Numbered from the stretch's first letter, positions 1 to 10,367 are shown. The stretch: 64,000 nucleotides of DNA from Candidatus Hecatella orcuttiae (GCA_002011035.2 MTLY02000002.1:128001-192000), one strand, 5' to 3'. A program made the numbers and translations. Notes: generated by a model not told the origin, from the letters alone.

Positions 1-98
1 TCGAACTCCAGCGGTTAGAGGGGCTCATGGAGGAATTCACATAGCTACCTAAGCCGGCTCGTCCCTGAAAAACTTAGAACAAAGCCTGCGTCCGACGG

Positions 99-1502
99 TT
101 AAACTTCAGATTTAGCCAAGTCTACGCCTTCTTTTCTAAGGATTCCCTGCGCGGCGATGATTCCGGTGGCGGCGGCTATGACGATTCCGCGGGACAGCCC
201 TGCGCCGTCTCCGGCTACGAAAAGATTTTCCACAGGGGTTTCCAGCTCCTTGTTTGTGTAGATTCGATTGGCTGAAAACTTTACTTCCGGAGCGTAGAGG
301 AGGGTGGACGGAGAAGCTACTCCCGGTATCACCTTGTCAAGTTTCTGAAGACCCTCGATGATGTCCCTCACAATCCTGTGGGGCATGGCCATGCCTATGT
401 CCCCAGGGGTCACCGTTTTCAAGGTGGGCTTAACATGGCTCCGTTCGATCCTGTCCCACGTAGACCTCCGACCGTTTTCCAAGTCGCCCAGCCTTTGGAT
501 GAGCGGCCTCCCGCCTCCCAGCAGAGTGGTTTGGGCTGCTATGGTGCGGCCGAAGGCGGAGGTATCCTCCAAGGGCTGGGTTAGGTTTACCTTCACCAAA
601 AAGGCGAAGTTGGTATTGGAGGACTGGGAGTTCTCCATGGAATGACCGTTCACTCCTACGACTCCTTCCTCGTCGTAGACCTCCAAACAAACGAAGCCTC
701 GGTGGTTTACGCAGAAAGTCCTGAGGAAATCGTCGTATTGCTCAGTGTAGATGTGAAACTTGGGGTCGCGGCTGATGCTGGTCACAGGCTCCATGATGAC
801 CGCCGGAACCTCCACCCTCACCCCTATGTCGATGGGCTCATGGCGGGTGGGAATCTTAAGCCTCTTAGCCTCTTCCGCCAACCAGTTCTGGCCGCTTCGA
901 CCCGGTGCAGCTAGTACGTATTTACTTTCAATGACTCCACCCCCAGCCAGCTCCACCAGTCCCTTCTCCAGTTTTAAGGCCCTTTTTCTGAGGAGAAACT
1001 GAACTCCCTTCCTCATCAAGTCTTCCATGAAGTTTTGAATAACCTTGGGAGCGTTGTCGGTGCCTATTTCCCTCTGGGGTATGGAGAGGAATTTAACTCC
1101 GGCAGCCGCCGCTTTTCTCTCCAATTCCTCCGCCTGTTTCGGGCTTGGGCTGTAGAGCCTGTTGGGGCACCCATAGCGTAAGAAGGTCTTATCCACATGT
1201 TCGATTAGGCTCCAGGCTTCTTTCTCACTCTTCACCAAGGGCGCCAGGTCTCCGCCTACGTCGATTCTCAGATTCAGTCTTCCACTGGAAAGGGTTCCTG
1301 CGCCTCCAACCCCGCAGAGAACATGGCAAGGAACACAGTTGGCGCACCCCTTGTAAACCTGGTCGGGGCAAACCCTCTTCAGAGGTTCGTCCCCTTCGTC
1401 CACCACCAGAACTTTCAGCTTACTTTTTTCAGCGAGCTCCAAGGCTGCGAAGAGGCCGGCAGACCCTGCGCCCACGATGGTGACGTCGGTCTTTAGCTTC
1501 AA
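99..1502 (-). CDS. FAD-dependent oxidoreductase (COG2509-like)
   Basis: GAGSAG Rossmann motif, Cys-rich insert (CANCVPCHVLCG), C-terminal AGDGAG; likely TTG start at 1502. Confidence 0.85.
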   Translation of the reverse strand: MKLKTDVTIVGAGSAGLFAALELAEKSKLKVLVVDEGDEPLKRVCPDQVYKGCANCVPCHVLCGVGGAGTLSSGRLNLRIDVGGDLAPLVKSEKEAWSLIEHVDKTFLRYGCPNRLYSPSPKQAEELERKAAAAGVKFLSIPQREIGTDNAPKVIQNFMEDLMRKGVQFLLRKRALKLEKGLVELAGGGVIESKYVLAAPGRSGQNWLAEEAKRLKIPTRHEPIDIGVRVEVPAVIMEPVTSISRDPKFHIYTEQYDDFLRTFCVNHRGFVCLEVYDEEGVVGVNGHSMENSQSSNTNFAFLVKVNLTQPLEDTSAFGRTIAAQTTLLGGGRPLIQRLGDLENGRRSTWDRIERSHVKPTLKTVTPGDIGMAMPHRIVRDIIEGLQKLDKVIPGVASPSTLLYAPEVKFSANRIYTNKELETPVENLFVAGDGAGLSRGIVIAAATGIIAAQGILRKEGVDLAKSEV

Positions 1503-1578
1503 AGCGTATTTTCCCCTAACATTTAGGGGGAGGAAATTAATATGCTTACCTATCGCATAAATCAATTTAGCCGGGTTT

Positions 1579-2418
1579 TCAGGCGTATTCCCTTAGGCTC
1601 TTTAAAGCTCCGAGGAAAGTTCCGTCTGTGAGGAAAACCTCCGCCTTAGGAACAAGCACTCCTTCAGAGCGCATGATGGGGCCTATCAGCTCCTGGGGGT
1701 CGACTGCGTTAACGGCCAAGCCCCCTAATAAGTCGTTGAAGGCAGGCATGACGATAAGCTTGGTACAGTGAGCTTGAACGCCGAACTTATCCCTGAAAAC
1801 CCTCTCAGGGTTTCCCTTCTCTCCCACTTCTATGTTTCTATGGTGGAGAAAAGATTTAACCAGCTTCCTACGGTTTATGGGCACCTTAATCCACGCAGGC
1901 TTCAAGGTTCTGAAGCCGAAAAGTCCTCTAAACTGAACCGCGGGGTGGTTGTGGCCTATCACCCAATACTCAGCCTCAAAGAGTTTTGGGGAAGGCCAAG
2001 CATGTCCGTGGAAAAGCCCTATCTTCTGTTTTTCCCTCAGAATGAGACCTCTGCTGGAGACCAGTTCCACTCCTGAGCCTAGGAAAGGCTCTATTCCCAC
2101 ATCATGGTTTCCCACGATGAGCTGAAGCCGAGGAACTTTCCTCTTCACTCCCTCAAGGAACTCAGGAATGTCCCTCCACTCTTGGGGTGAAACCTGAGGG
2201 ATGCCGTGTTTGAAGTCGCCCAGAATTATGAGGCGGCGGGGTTTAGCTTTCTCAAGAAGCAGAAGGAGGCTGTCCATCAGCTTCCTACTCTGAGAAGGGA
2301 GGTTTATCCCCAACCCGGCCAGCTCAAATTCAAATCCCAAGTGAAGGTCGCTGACGATCAGCACCCGCTCACGGCCGCCCACCAAGAGAGCAGGCCAAGG
2401 GACATAGGGGCGAATCAA
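1579..2418 (-). CDS. Metallophosphoesterase (calcineurin-like, COG1407-like)
   Basis: SDLHLG, LGDFKH, GNHD, HGH and GHNHP motifs. Confidence 0.85.
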   Translation of the reverse strand: MIRPYVPWPALLVGGRERVLIVSDLHLGFEFELAGLGINLPSQSRKLMDSLLLLLEKAKPRRLIILGDFKHGIPQVSPQEWRDIPEFLEGVKRKVPRLQLIVGNHDVGIEPFLGSGVELVSSRGLILREKQKIGLFHGHAWPSPKLFEAEYWVIGHNHPAVQFRGLFGFRTLKPAWIKVPINRRKLVKSFLHHRNIEVGEKGNPERVFRDKFGVQAHCTKLIVMPAFNDLLGGLAVNAVDPQELIGPIMRSEGVLVPKAEVFLTDGTFLGALKSLREYA

Positions 2419-2591
2419 GTTTCACACCAATCGCGGATGCTAAAGTAAAAGCTACAGTCTTAAAGAGACAAAGCCCATTTTAAGCATAGCGGGGATCGGC
2501 CACGTCAAAGGACGAAGTAAAAGCTCTTCAGACCCTCTGCGAAGAACTCAAAGCGCAAGGAGGCCTTACCAAGAGGCAGAAACAGCTGCTG

Positions 2592-2936
2592 GTGAGAACC
2601 TTCGGCAAGCGGGGTGAAAACGCCTTGAAAGCCTTAGAGGATGGGGCGGTTAAAAAATACATCTTCGAGCCCAGCGGACGCGTGGTCTGGGTGGTGGTGG
2701 GAAAGGAAAGAGACTACCAAGTTCTGCCCTCCGTTAACTATTGCAGCTGTGACGATTTCTATTTCAGGGTTCTAGACGGTGAGACATCTCTGTGCTATCA
2801 CGTCATCGCCCAGAAGATATCGGAACTCTTAGGCAGGTTTGAAGTCATAGTAGATTCCGATGAGATCTATGAGGCTTTAATGGAGGAATGGAGGCAGATA
2901 AAGAAGCATGACTTTCCAAAGGAGGAAAACTCTTAA
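2592..2936 (+). CDS. SWIM zinc-finger protein
   Basis: CSC...CYH (CxCxnCxH) motif; true start may lie upstream. Confidence 0.75.
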   Translation: MRTFGKRGENALKALEDGAVKKYIFEPSGRVVWVVVGKERDYQVLPSVNYCSCDDFYFRVLDGETSLCYHVIAQKISELLGRFEVIVDSDEIYEALMEEWRQIKKHDFPKEENS

Positions 2937-3004
2937 AGATTTAAAAGAAGATAAAACAAAAACGAGTAGCTGCCTCTAGGCGTGGAGAAGGGCGGTGGTG
3001 TTCC

Positions 3005-3682
3005 CTGTCAACAGAAATCATCCCGGGAGTTCATGCCACAAGGTTTGAGCTACTTTTGCTCAGGAGAAGAGTTAAGCTAGCCCGGCGGGGCCATGACCTT
3101 CTCGTCGAAAAGAGGGACGCGCTGCTTCTCCACTTCTTTGACGCCCTGAGGGATATAGCCCCCCTGCGAGGGAAAATGGTGAAACGGCTGGAGGAAGCCT
3201 TCAAAAGCTTCCTAAGCGCCCAGCTGGCCTTAGGCTCAGGTAGGCTGCACGGTCTGTCCTACGGTGTTCCAGACCGCTTCGACGTGGTAGAGAGAAGCCG
3301 AAACATCATAGGAGTCACGCTTCCCTTCTTTGAGCTGAAAGTCAAGGAAAGGCCTCAGGAACGTTGGTGGTATGATATCCCCGAAACCTCCGCCTCCTTG
3401 GATGACGCCCTGAAAGCCATGGAGGAAGCCTTAGGGCTTATGGTCCAGCTGGCTGAAATTGAAACAGCCGTTAAAAGACTGGCGGAAGTCATAACCATGA
3501 CCAAACGGAGAGTCAACGCCCTGGAGAACATCATCATTCCAAAATTTGAAAACACCATCCGATTCATCCAAATGCACCTAGAAGAACGGGCTAGAGAAGA
3601 TTTTTTCAGGCTGAAACGCATTAAAAGAATTCATGCTGCTGAAGAAGCTGAGCGTGCAGCCGCCGCCCCTACTGCTTTCTAG
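3005..3682 (+). CDS. atpD: A/V-type ATP synthase subunit D
   Basis: RGHDLL.EKRDAL and TKRRVNALE..IIP motifs, ERAREDFFRLKRIK; conserved N-terminus extends upstream to a CTG at 3005. Confidence 0.93.
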   Translation: MSTEIIPGVHATRFELLLLRRRVKLARRGHDLLVEKRDALLLHFFDALRDIAPLRGKMVKRLEEAFKSFLSAQLALGSGRLHGLSYGVPDRFDVVERSRNIIGVTLPFFELKVKERPQERWWYDIPETSASLDDALKAMEEALGLMVQLAEIETAVKRLAEVITMTKRRVNALENIIIPKFENTIRFIQMHLEERAREDFFRLKRIKRIHAAEEAERAAAAPTAF

Positions 3683-4040
3683 AGGTTAAAAGAAGTATCG
3701 CCTGAGCTAGGTTGCCTTGGGTTTCCTCCAACGCCCTCCGGGCTTCTTCCAAGCTTACTCCAGCTTGCTGAGCCACCAGCTGAACGTCTTCGTCGGGGAC
3801 CTGAAAAGCCTTGGCGGACTGGGGCTCGCCGGAGGGAAGTGCCCTTTCTTCTAAGCCTTCACCCACGACTTGGAAGAGTTTCTGACCTTGGACTTCTATG
3901 ACAGTCACGGAAGGATTTTGAACCGCCAACTCCTTGTCAGCCGTCCTGAAGATGACCTCCTTCACCTCAGGCATGCTTTGGGTGCTCATTCCCATCCTGT
4001 CCATCATTCGCTTGAGCTCCCGGGGACTGAACCGCCTCAC
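3669..4040 (-). CDS. nac: Nascent polypeptide-associated complex protein
   Basis: NAC domain plus C-terminal UBA (EDVQLVAQQAGVSLEEARRAL..GNLAQAIL). Confidence 0.93.
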   Translation of the reverse strand: MRRFSPRELKRMMDRMGMSTQSMPEVKEVIFRTADKELAVQNPSVTVIEVQGQKLFQVVGEGLEERALPSGEPQSAKAFQVPDEDVQLVAQQAGVSLEEARRALEETQGNLAQAILLLTSRKQ

Positions 4041-4115
4041 ACTTACTCTCCTCTCACATTAGTTTATAGGCGGAAGGGTAAAAATATTTAAATTCAGAGT
4101 GTTGAGGTAGCTTCC

Positions 4116-4589
4116 ATGCCGGAGGATGCCCTTCAAAAGATCAGAAGCATAGCCAACTACCAGTTCAGCCGGGGAGCCGGTAAGGCGCTGTTTCCCGAAG
4201 GAGTAACCATAAGACACTCTAAGAGAACAGGGAAAGTCAGGGAGGTCATCTGGAAGGGTAGGCTTCTTGCCTCTTTGAGGGCGACCTCCGGAACCTTCGC
4301 TCTCACATTGGAGGGCTTCAAAAGACTACTGGAGGCGTTCAAGCCTCCTAGGTTTAGGGTAACTGTGCAAAACGATGTAGCGGAGTTGATAAGGCAAGGT
4401 CGAACCGTCTTCGCCAAGCATGTAAAGGACGCCGACCCAGCTATCAGACCTCAGGATGAAGTTGCTGTGGTCGATGAGGACGGTGAACTCCTCGCCGTGG
4501 GTAAGGCCCTTCTCAGCGGAGTTGAGATGGTGGCTTTCCAATGTGGGAAAGCCGTTCGAGTCCGTCGAGGTCGAGGACAGACGGCGTAG
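4116..4589 (+). CDS. PUA-domain RNA-binding protein (similar to ArcTGT C-terminal part)
   Basis: IANYQF..GAG N-terminus; GRTVFAKHV..AD..IRP.DEV PUA motif. Confidence 0.85.
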   Translation: MPEDALQKIRSIANYQFSRGAGKALFPEGVTIRHSKRTGKVREVIWKGRLLASLRATSGTFALTLEGFKRLLEAFKPPRFRVTVQNDVAELIRQGRTVFAKHVKDADPAIRPQDEVAVVDEDGELLAVGKALLSGVEMVAFQCGKAVRVRRGRGQTA

Positions 4590-4644
4590 GGGCTGGAAGC
4601 TTTAAATTTCTCCCAAACCCTTCATGCATAAGGGTAAATGTATC

Positions 4645-5160
4645 ATGCTCTGTGAGGTTTGCGGTCGAACCATTCGCAGCCAGCCGAGAAGGGCCGTCAT
4701 CGAAGGCGCCTTGTTGCAGGTTTGCGATGACTGCGCCAAGCATGCCTCCTCCACATGGGGGGAAAGAGGGAGACCCAGCCCCAAGACTTTTTCCTCTAAA
4801 CCGGGAAGAGCTGGAAGGGTCAAGATTGAGGAAGAAGACTACGTGATGGTGGAGGATTACGGCCAGAAGATCAAGAGAGCTAGAGAGGCGCGAGGCTGGT
4901 CTCAAGAAGAACTAGCCCGTCGGATTAACGAAAAAGCCTCCTTTATAGGAAAGGTTGAAACCGAGAAAGTGGTCCCAAGCTTGGAGGTTGCGAAAAAGCT
5001 GCAGCACATTTTCGGTTTTCCCCTCCTGACTCAAACGGCTTCCCTCCCATCAAGCCCAGCTCCCCTTCAGTCTAAAACCTTGGAACTTACCTTAGGCGAT
5101 ATAGCTGTCTTTGAGAACAGGGGAAAAAAGAGTGGCAGGTCAGAGGCTCATTCTGGTTGA
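4645..5160 (+). CDS. mbf1: Archaeal multiprotein bridging factor aMBF1
   Basis: N-terminal Zn ribbon CEVCG..VCDDC, XRE HTH (AREARGWSQEELA), LTLGD tail. Confidence 0.92.
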   Translation: MLCEVCGRTIRSQPRRAVIEGALLQVCDDCAKHASSTWGERGRPSPKTFSSKPGRAGRVKIEEEDYVMVEDYGQKIKRAREARGWSQEELARRINEKASFIGKVETEKVVPSLEVAKKLQHIFGFPLLTQTASLPSSPAPLQSKTLELTLGDIAVFENRGKKSGRSEAHSG

Positions 5161-6409
5161 GCGGAGGCTGCACGGGGAGAAAAGCCTTCTTCACGAACTG
5201 GAAAGCCTAGCTGAAGCTGCCGGCCATCAAGTTTTAGGCAGGCTGGAACAGGTTAGGGGGCTGGACTCCCGTTTTCAGATAGGCCGTGGGAAGGCTGAAG
5301 AGCTGGCTAGAATGGTCAAAGAGCTGGGCGCTGAGAGGGTGGTTTTTGAAAACGAACTGAAACCTGTTCAGGCTTATAATTTGGCCAAGCTGACAGGCGT
5401 GGAGGTTGTGAGCAAGTTTCAGCTTATTCTGGAAGTCTTCACCCAGCATGCCTCCACCAGGGAGGCTAATCTCCAAATAGAGCTGGCCCGCCTCCGATAT
5501 GAGTTGGCTAGAGCTAAGGAAAAAGTCAGACTGGCTAAGAAAGGCGAGCAGCCGGGTTTCCACGGCTTGGGAAAGTACGAGGTTAACGTCTATTACGACG
5601 CCATCAGAAGACGGGTTTCCCGCATAGAGGCTGAGCTTAGGAAAATCAGAAAGGAAAGAACCTTCAAAAGACTGCGGAGGGAAGTCTTAGGCTTTCCCAC
5701 CGTCTCCCTCAGCGGCTACACCGCTGCGGGTAAAAGCACCCTGTTTAATGCTCTGGCCGGGGGAAAAGAGAAAGTCACAGGCAGCCTCTTCACAACCCTG
5801 TCCCCGAAGATTTCCTCTGTAAGTTTTAGGGGCAAGAAAGCCATGCTGGTGGACACCGTAGGCTTCATCGACCGCCTGCCTCTGACCCTCATCGAAGCCT
5901 TCAAGTCGACGTTGGAGGAAACTGTGTTCTCCAGCCTCATCATCTTGGTGGTAGACTGCAGTGAAAGCGTTGAGGAGGTGAGAAGGAAGCTGAAATGCTG
6001 CTTGGATACTCTCCGAGAAATCGGCGCAGCCTCCACACCCATGATCGTGGCCCTTAACAAAGCCGACTTGGTCGGGGAAGCTGAGGCTAGAAACATGGTG
6101 GAACATCTCAGGGATTTGGCGCCCAACCCCCTCCTCATAAGCGCCCTCTACGGTTGGAATTTGGAGGAGCTGAAGGAAGCTGTCAGCGATCATCTTAGAA
6201 ACTTTCTCAAAGCATCTTTCGAGCTTCCTCTGAACTCCGCCTCCCTCTCTCTCATATCCAACATCCGAAGATTCTCCACGGTCCTTAACCAAGACTTTCA
6301 GGGGAAAACAATTCTGCTGGAAGTAGAGTCAGCCGATTATTTGATGGACAAGATAAAGGGCCGTGTGGAAAATATCGGAGGCAAGATGCTCGAGGCCGTT
6401 AAGGTCTGA
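5132..6409 (+). CDS. hflX: GTPase HflX
   Basis: GYTAAGKSTLFN, FTTL, DTVGF and NKAD G-motifs; HflX N-domain. Confidence 0.93.
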   Translation: MAGQRLILVERRLHGEKSLLHELESLAEAAGHQVLGRLEQVRGLDSRFQIGRGKAEELARMVKELGAERVVFENELKPVQAYNLAKLTGVEVVSKFQLILEVFTQHASTREANLQIELARLRYELARAKEKVRLAKKGEQPGFHGLGKYEVNVYYDAIRRRVSRIEAELRKIRKERTFKRLRREVLGFPTVSLSGYTAAGKSTLFNALAGGKEKVTGSLFTTLSPKISSVSFRGKKAMLVDTVGFIDRLPLTLIEAFKSTLEETVFSSLIILVVDCSESVEEVRRKLKCCLDTLREIGAASTPMIVALNKADLVGEAEARNMVEHLRDLAPNPLLISALYGWNLEELKEAVSDHLRNFLKASFELPLNSASLSLISNIRRFSTVLNQDFQGKTILLEVESADYLMDKIKGRVENIGGKMLEAVKV

Positions 6410-6968
6410 TTTTAACGATTTTCTTGCCGCGGTGTTGAGGGATTATCCTAAGCTCACCGCCCTCAAATTGTTTCTCCAATTCTTTTCCCTCAAAATACCT
6501 GTCCAAGAACACGGCTAGACTGGAGATTTCTGAGTGGGGCTGATTTCCCACGGCAACGTTGAAATCTGAAATTTTCTCTGAGAAAAAGGAAACTGGAACC
6601 TTCTGAGATCCTACTATGACCATGATAGGCTTTCCGCGGGCTTTTATTTCGCCGAGAACCTCAGGGGTGAGGTTTCTCCCGTAGACGGTCAGATGGACCA
6701 CGAGGCCACCCTGGGCTCTCCAGTCTTCCACAGCCTTCTTCCAAGGAGTTCCCATTTCGATGAAGAAGGGGCCTCCCCACCGTTTGACTATTTTATCCAC
6801 GGACTTTCGAATGTTCTCATCTTGAACGTCGCTTACGATGATTCCTTCAGCGCCTAGGGCTCTCGCTGTCAATGCCACATGGGTTGTAACCCTGTAGTCT
6901 CGAGGTCTGTGCCCCCACCGTAAAACCACTATTTTAGGGGGAGGCTGAGTCTGCGGAGGCTCCATCAC
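6399..6968 (-). CDS. trm56: tRNA (cytidine(56)-2'-O)-methyltransferase aTrm56
   Basis: LRWGHR.RD.RVTTHVALTARALGA and NQPHSE SPOUT motifs. Confidence 0.93.
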   Translation of the reverse strand: MMEPPQTQPPPKIVVLRWGHRPRDYRVTTHVALTARALGAEGIIVSDVQDENIRKSVDKIVKRWGGPFFIEMGTPWKKAVEDWRAQGGLVVHLTVYGRNLTPEVLGEIKARGKPIMVIVGSQKVPVSFFSEKISDFNVAVGNQPHSEISSLAVFLDRYFEGKELEKQFEGGELRIIPQHRGKKIVKIRP

Positions 6969-7158
6969 TTACGGCCTCGCTTGGAGTGTTGTTTTTTGTT
7001 TCTGAGAATTAGTTAGAGTTAAATGTTCTAAAAGTCTATCTTTCTATTGATATTCAGACGCGTGTTTAAGTCTTTGCTTGGAAAAGCCTTGGAGCTGACA
7101 TAGGCTGTGGACGTGTTCGCCTCCATCTCTATTCCCGCCCTTCCGAGCGTGGCATCCT

Positions 7159-7662
7159 ATGAGCGAGTCTAGGCTTTTCGAAGTGATCTTCAAGCTGGGA
7201 GGGGAAGAAGCTGTCAAGATAGCTCGGCAGTTGAAGAAGATGGGGCGGGCGACGGAGGACGACATAACCAAGGCGACGGGGGTCAACCTCAACGAGGTTA
7301 GGAAGATCCTTTTCAAGCTGCGGAGTTTCTCCCTTGTCTCCTCGGAAAGCGTTCAGGACAAGAACAGTGGGTGGCTGATATACTACTGGATGCTTCAACC
7401 TGACCGTCTGGAGAGTCTAATCCGAAGCCAGAAGAAGAGAGTTCTGGAAAAGTTGGAGGAAAAACTCGCCTACGAAAAAAGCCATGACTTTTACCGTTGC
7501 GTTAATGGCCCTTGCGGAAAGATTGCCTTCGAAGAGGCTGTGGAGTCCTTTTTCCGTTGCCCCAAATGCGGGGGACCTCTTGAACATTTCGACAACACAG
7601 CCGTCCTTGAGGTTCTGGAAAGAGAAATCAGGAAGCTGAAAGAGGAGATGGAACGTGAATAA
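7159..7662 (+). CDS. tfe: Transcription factor E (TFE, TFIIE-alpha-like)
   Basis: wHTH with GWLIYYW plus Zn ribbon (C..F.CPKCG). Confidence 0.93.
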   Translation: MSESRLFEVIFKLGGEEAVKIARQLKKMGRATEDDITKATGVNLNEVRKILFKLRSFSLVSSESVQDKNSGWLIYYWMLQPDRLESLIRSQKKRVLEKLEEKLAYEKSHDFYRCVNGPCGKIAFEEAVESFFRCPKCGGPLEHFDNTAVLEVLEREIRKLKEEMERE

Positions 7663-8212
7663 TCTTCCCGGCAGGAAGGAAGCGGAGGCTATTCTGAAAA
7701 AGGTGGGATGCTCTGAAGAGGTCATAAACCATGCAAGGGCAGTGACCAAGTTAGCGCTGAAGCTGGCTGAAACGCTTCGCAGTAGGGGGTTGGAGGTGAA
7801 TTTGAAGCTGGTGGAGGCAGGTGGGCTTCTCCACGACTTGGGAAGATGCAGAACCCACGGTGTGAAACACGGCTTCATAGGAGGGGAGATCTCTCGGACG
7901 CTGGGTCTACCTCAGCCTCTCGTGAACATCGTGGAAAGACACGTGGGCGCAGGCATTCCAGCTGAAGAAGCTGCGGAGCTGGGTCTCCCAGCTCGGGACT
8001 TCATCCCCCAGACTTGGGAGGAGAAAATCATCGCCTACGCTGACAAGTTGGTGATGAGAAATAAGGTCATAGATTTCGAAGAAGCCTTAAAGGAGCTGTC
8101 CCGAAGCCTAGGGGAGAACCATCCCGCCTTGGGGAGGTTTCGAAAACTTCACAGGGAAATCTCTGAAAATTTAAACCAAGCTCTCTCATCTAAAAGAAAG
8201 GAAAAGTCTTGA
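7655..8212 (+). CDS. HD-domain protein (TIGR00295-like)
   Basis: LLHDLGR, ERHVGAG, EEKIIAYADKL; follows tfe as in other archaea. Confidence 0.85.
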   Translation: MNNLPGRKEAEAILKKVGCSEEVINHARAVTKLALKLAETLRSRGLEVNLKLVEAGGLLHDLGRCRTHGVKHGFIGGEISRTLGLPQPLVNIVERHVGAGIPAEEAAELGLPARDFIPQTWEEKIIAYADKLVMRNKVIDFEEALKELSRSLGENHPALGRFRKLHREISENLNQALSSKRKEKS

Positions 8213-8221
8213 GGCTCCCGG

Positions 8222-8297
8222 GGGCCGGTGGTCTAGCGGCTATGATATCGCCTTTACGAGGCGATGGTCGCAGGTTCGAATCCTGCCCGGCCCACCA
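8222..8297 (+). tRNA. tRNA-Val(TAC)
   Basis: GGGCCGG/CCGGCCC acceptor stem, TCGCC-TTTACGA-GGCGA anticodon arm, GGTTCGAATCC T-arm, encoded CCA. Confidence 0.95.
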
Positions 8298-8364
8298 TAA
8301 AATTAACAGGACAACAGGGTGGGAGCCTGAATTCTGCTCGCTGGGCACGCTTCTGGGCTTCAAC

Positions 8365-9048
8365 CTATTTCAGTACCTCGCCGGTTTTCACATACCAGAG
8401 ATAAAGATCCAGCTGCCCCACCGGCATACCTACTCTTTCAGCCACTTTTTTCAGCCTCTTTTCCAGTTCTAGGTAGGTTTTCGCTGTTAGGGTTTTAGGC
8501 GTACCTTCCGTTAGGCCGTATTGCTCCATAAGTCTCCGAATATGTCTGTCCAAGATTGCCAAGTCTAGGTAGCCTAGGTTTCGGAGGAAGTGGCTTGCTT
8601 CCTTGAAGCCTAAGCCTTGAACATTTCTCGCCAGCCACGCCCTAGCCTCAGCTGAGCTGGAAAACCGGGAGAGGATGGCTCCTATGTTCTTGAACCTTCT
8701 GGCTTTTATGATGAACTCCGCTCTTTTATTGTAGTATCTGTGGCCTAGCCTCTTCAGCCTCTCAGCCAAATCCCCCTCAGGAAGCCTTAGAAAGTCTTCG
8801 CCTAACACCTGCTGTATTTTCATCCCCAGCCTCGCTGAGGAGTTAGCGGTGAGTATGCAGAAGCAGAGCTCAGAAAACTTTTCACCGTCGCCGCATTCCT
8901 TCAACCTCTGAAACGTTCTTATCCTCGCATCAACCACGTTTCTGACGGGAAGCTTCTTCAGCCTATCTATCTCAGCCACCAAGTCTTCGACGTTCTGCTT
9001 TTTTAAGGCTGAAGAAGCCAAGGCCTGCAGCCGCTCGCGTATGTTCAT
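8365..9048 (-). CDS. ogg: 8-oxoguanine DNA glycosylase/AP lyase
   Basis: ELCFCILTANSSA, GLGFKEASHFLRN, ILDRHI, K.GEVLK C-terminus. Confidence 0.92.
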   Translation of the reverse strand: MNIRERLQALASSALKKQNVEDLVAEIDRLKKLPVRNVVDARIRTFQRLKECGDGEKFSELCFCILTANSSARLGMKIQQVLGEDFLRLPEGDLAERLKRLGHRYYNKRAEFIIKARRFKNIGAILSRFSSSAEARAWLARNVQGLGFKEASHFLRNLGYLDLAILDRHIRRLMEQYGLTEGTPKTLTAKTYLELEKRLKKVAERVGMPVGQLDLYLWYVKTGEVLK

Positions 9049-10367
9049 GGGGTAAGTCTATCTCGGTCCCGGGGGAAGAGGATGCATTCCCTGACGTTTT
9101 CTTTTCCCGTGAGAACCATCAGCAGCCTGCCAAGCCCCAACCCCCAGCCAGCATGGGGAGGCATGCCGTAGTCGAAGACTTTCAGGTGGTGTTCAAAGCT
9201 TTCAGGGTTTAACCCTTGCTGACGAAGCCGTTCCACCAAGAGGTTTTTATCATGGATCCGAGTGCCGCCTGAGGCCAGCTCAATCCAGCTGTACATGAAG
9301 TCGAAGCCTTCGCAGATTTCAGGCTTGTCATCCCTAGGTTTGATGTAGAAAGCCTTAGCCTCGGTAGGCCAGTCTGTGATGAAGTAGTAGGTGTGCGGGT
9401 TGAGGTCGCCTAACATCCGGAGGGCTGGAGTAGGCAGGTCTTCACCCCAGGAAACGTGGAAGTCTCTTTCCTTCAAAAGCTCCAACACCTCATCGTAGGT
9501 GTACCGGGGGAAGGGAACGCTTGGAATCTGAAGCTGCCTGTTCAACAGCTTCAACTCTTCCCCGCATTTATCCATCACATGCTTGACCACGTAAACCGTA
9601 AGCTCTTCGAGGGTTTTCATGACGTCATCCCCGTTGGCGAAGGCTTGCTCGATGTCGACGGAAATGAACTCCGCGGTATGCCTCACCGTCCGAGATTCTT
9701 CAGCCCTGAAATAGGCGGCTATTTCGTATACCTTCTCCATGACGGAGGTCAGCTGTTCCTTATAGAGCTGGGGGCTTTGAGCTAGGAAGGCTTCCCTGTC
9801 AAAGTAAACCACGGGAAAGAGGGAGGCGCCTCCCTCGGTGGCGGTGGCGATAATCTTCGGAGTCTGAACTTCGATGAAACCTTTTCCATCTAAAAACTCC
9901 CTTATAGCCTTGATGACGTGATGGTTTATCTTGAAGACCGCTAAATTTTCCGCCCTGCGAAGGTCGAGAATTCGGGCGTTAAGCCTCACATCCAAGTCAG
10001 CGGGAACCCTCCCCGTGGGGTCTAAGGCCAGCGGATGCCTAGCCGAGTTGAGTATCTTCAACTCCTCCGGGATGATCTCCACGCCCTGTTGGGCTTTCTC
10101 ACTGGCCCTGACGGTTCCCTTCACTCCGACAACGTACTGTTTCCCAAGCCGCTCTATTTTCTCGGATATTTCAGGCTTCACTTCCTTGAGGGGAACGGTG
10201 ACCTGAACAGTTCCCTCCCTGTCAGTCAGGAGGATAAATTTTATTCCCCCTAAGTTTCTCAGACTCTGAACCCAGCCGAACACCACCACCTTCTGCCCAT
10301 CCAGTTCGGGGGTTATTTCAGATGAGTAGTGAGTTCGACGCCAGTCTCCCAGTTTATCCACGGACAC
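9045..10367 (-). CDS. aspS: Aspartyl-tRNA synthetase (archaeal type)
   Basis: OB anticodon domain, LAQSPQLYK, FRAE, GMPPHAGWGLG, FPRD. Confidence 0.96.
   Translation of the reverse strand: MSVDKLGDWRRTHYSSEITPELDGQKVVVFGWVQSLRNLGGIKFILLTDREGTVQVTVPLKEVKPEISEKIERLGKQYVVGVKGTVRASEKAQQGVEIIPEELKILNSARHPLALDPTGRVPADLDVRLNARILDLRRAENLAVFKINHHVIKAIREFLDGKGFIEVQTPKIIATATEGGASLFPVVYFDREAFLAQSPQLYKEQLTSVMEKVYEIAAYFRAEESRTVRHTAEFISVDIEQAFANGDDVMKTLEELTVYVVKHVMDKCGEELKLLNRQLQIPSVPFPRYTYDEVLELLKERDFHVSWGEDLPTPALRMLGDLNPHTYYFITDWPTEAKAFYIKPRDDKPEICEGFDFMYSWIELASGGTRIHDKNLLVERLRQQGLNPESFEHHLKVFDYGMPPHAGWGLGLGRLLMVLTGKENVRECILFPRDRDRLTP

Noticed and set aside
8209-8472. 87-aa ORF
   Set aside because: Overlaps tRNA-Val and the antisense strand of ogg; spurious.
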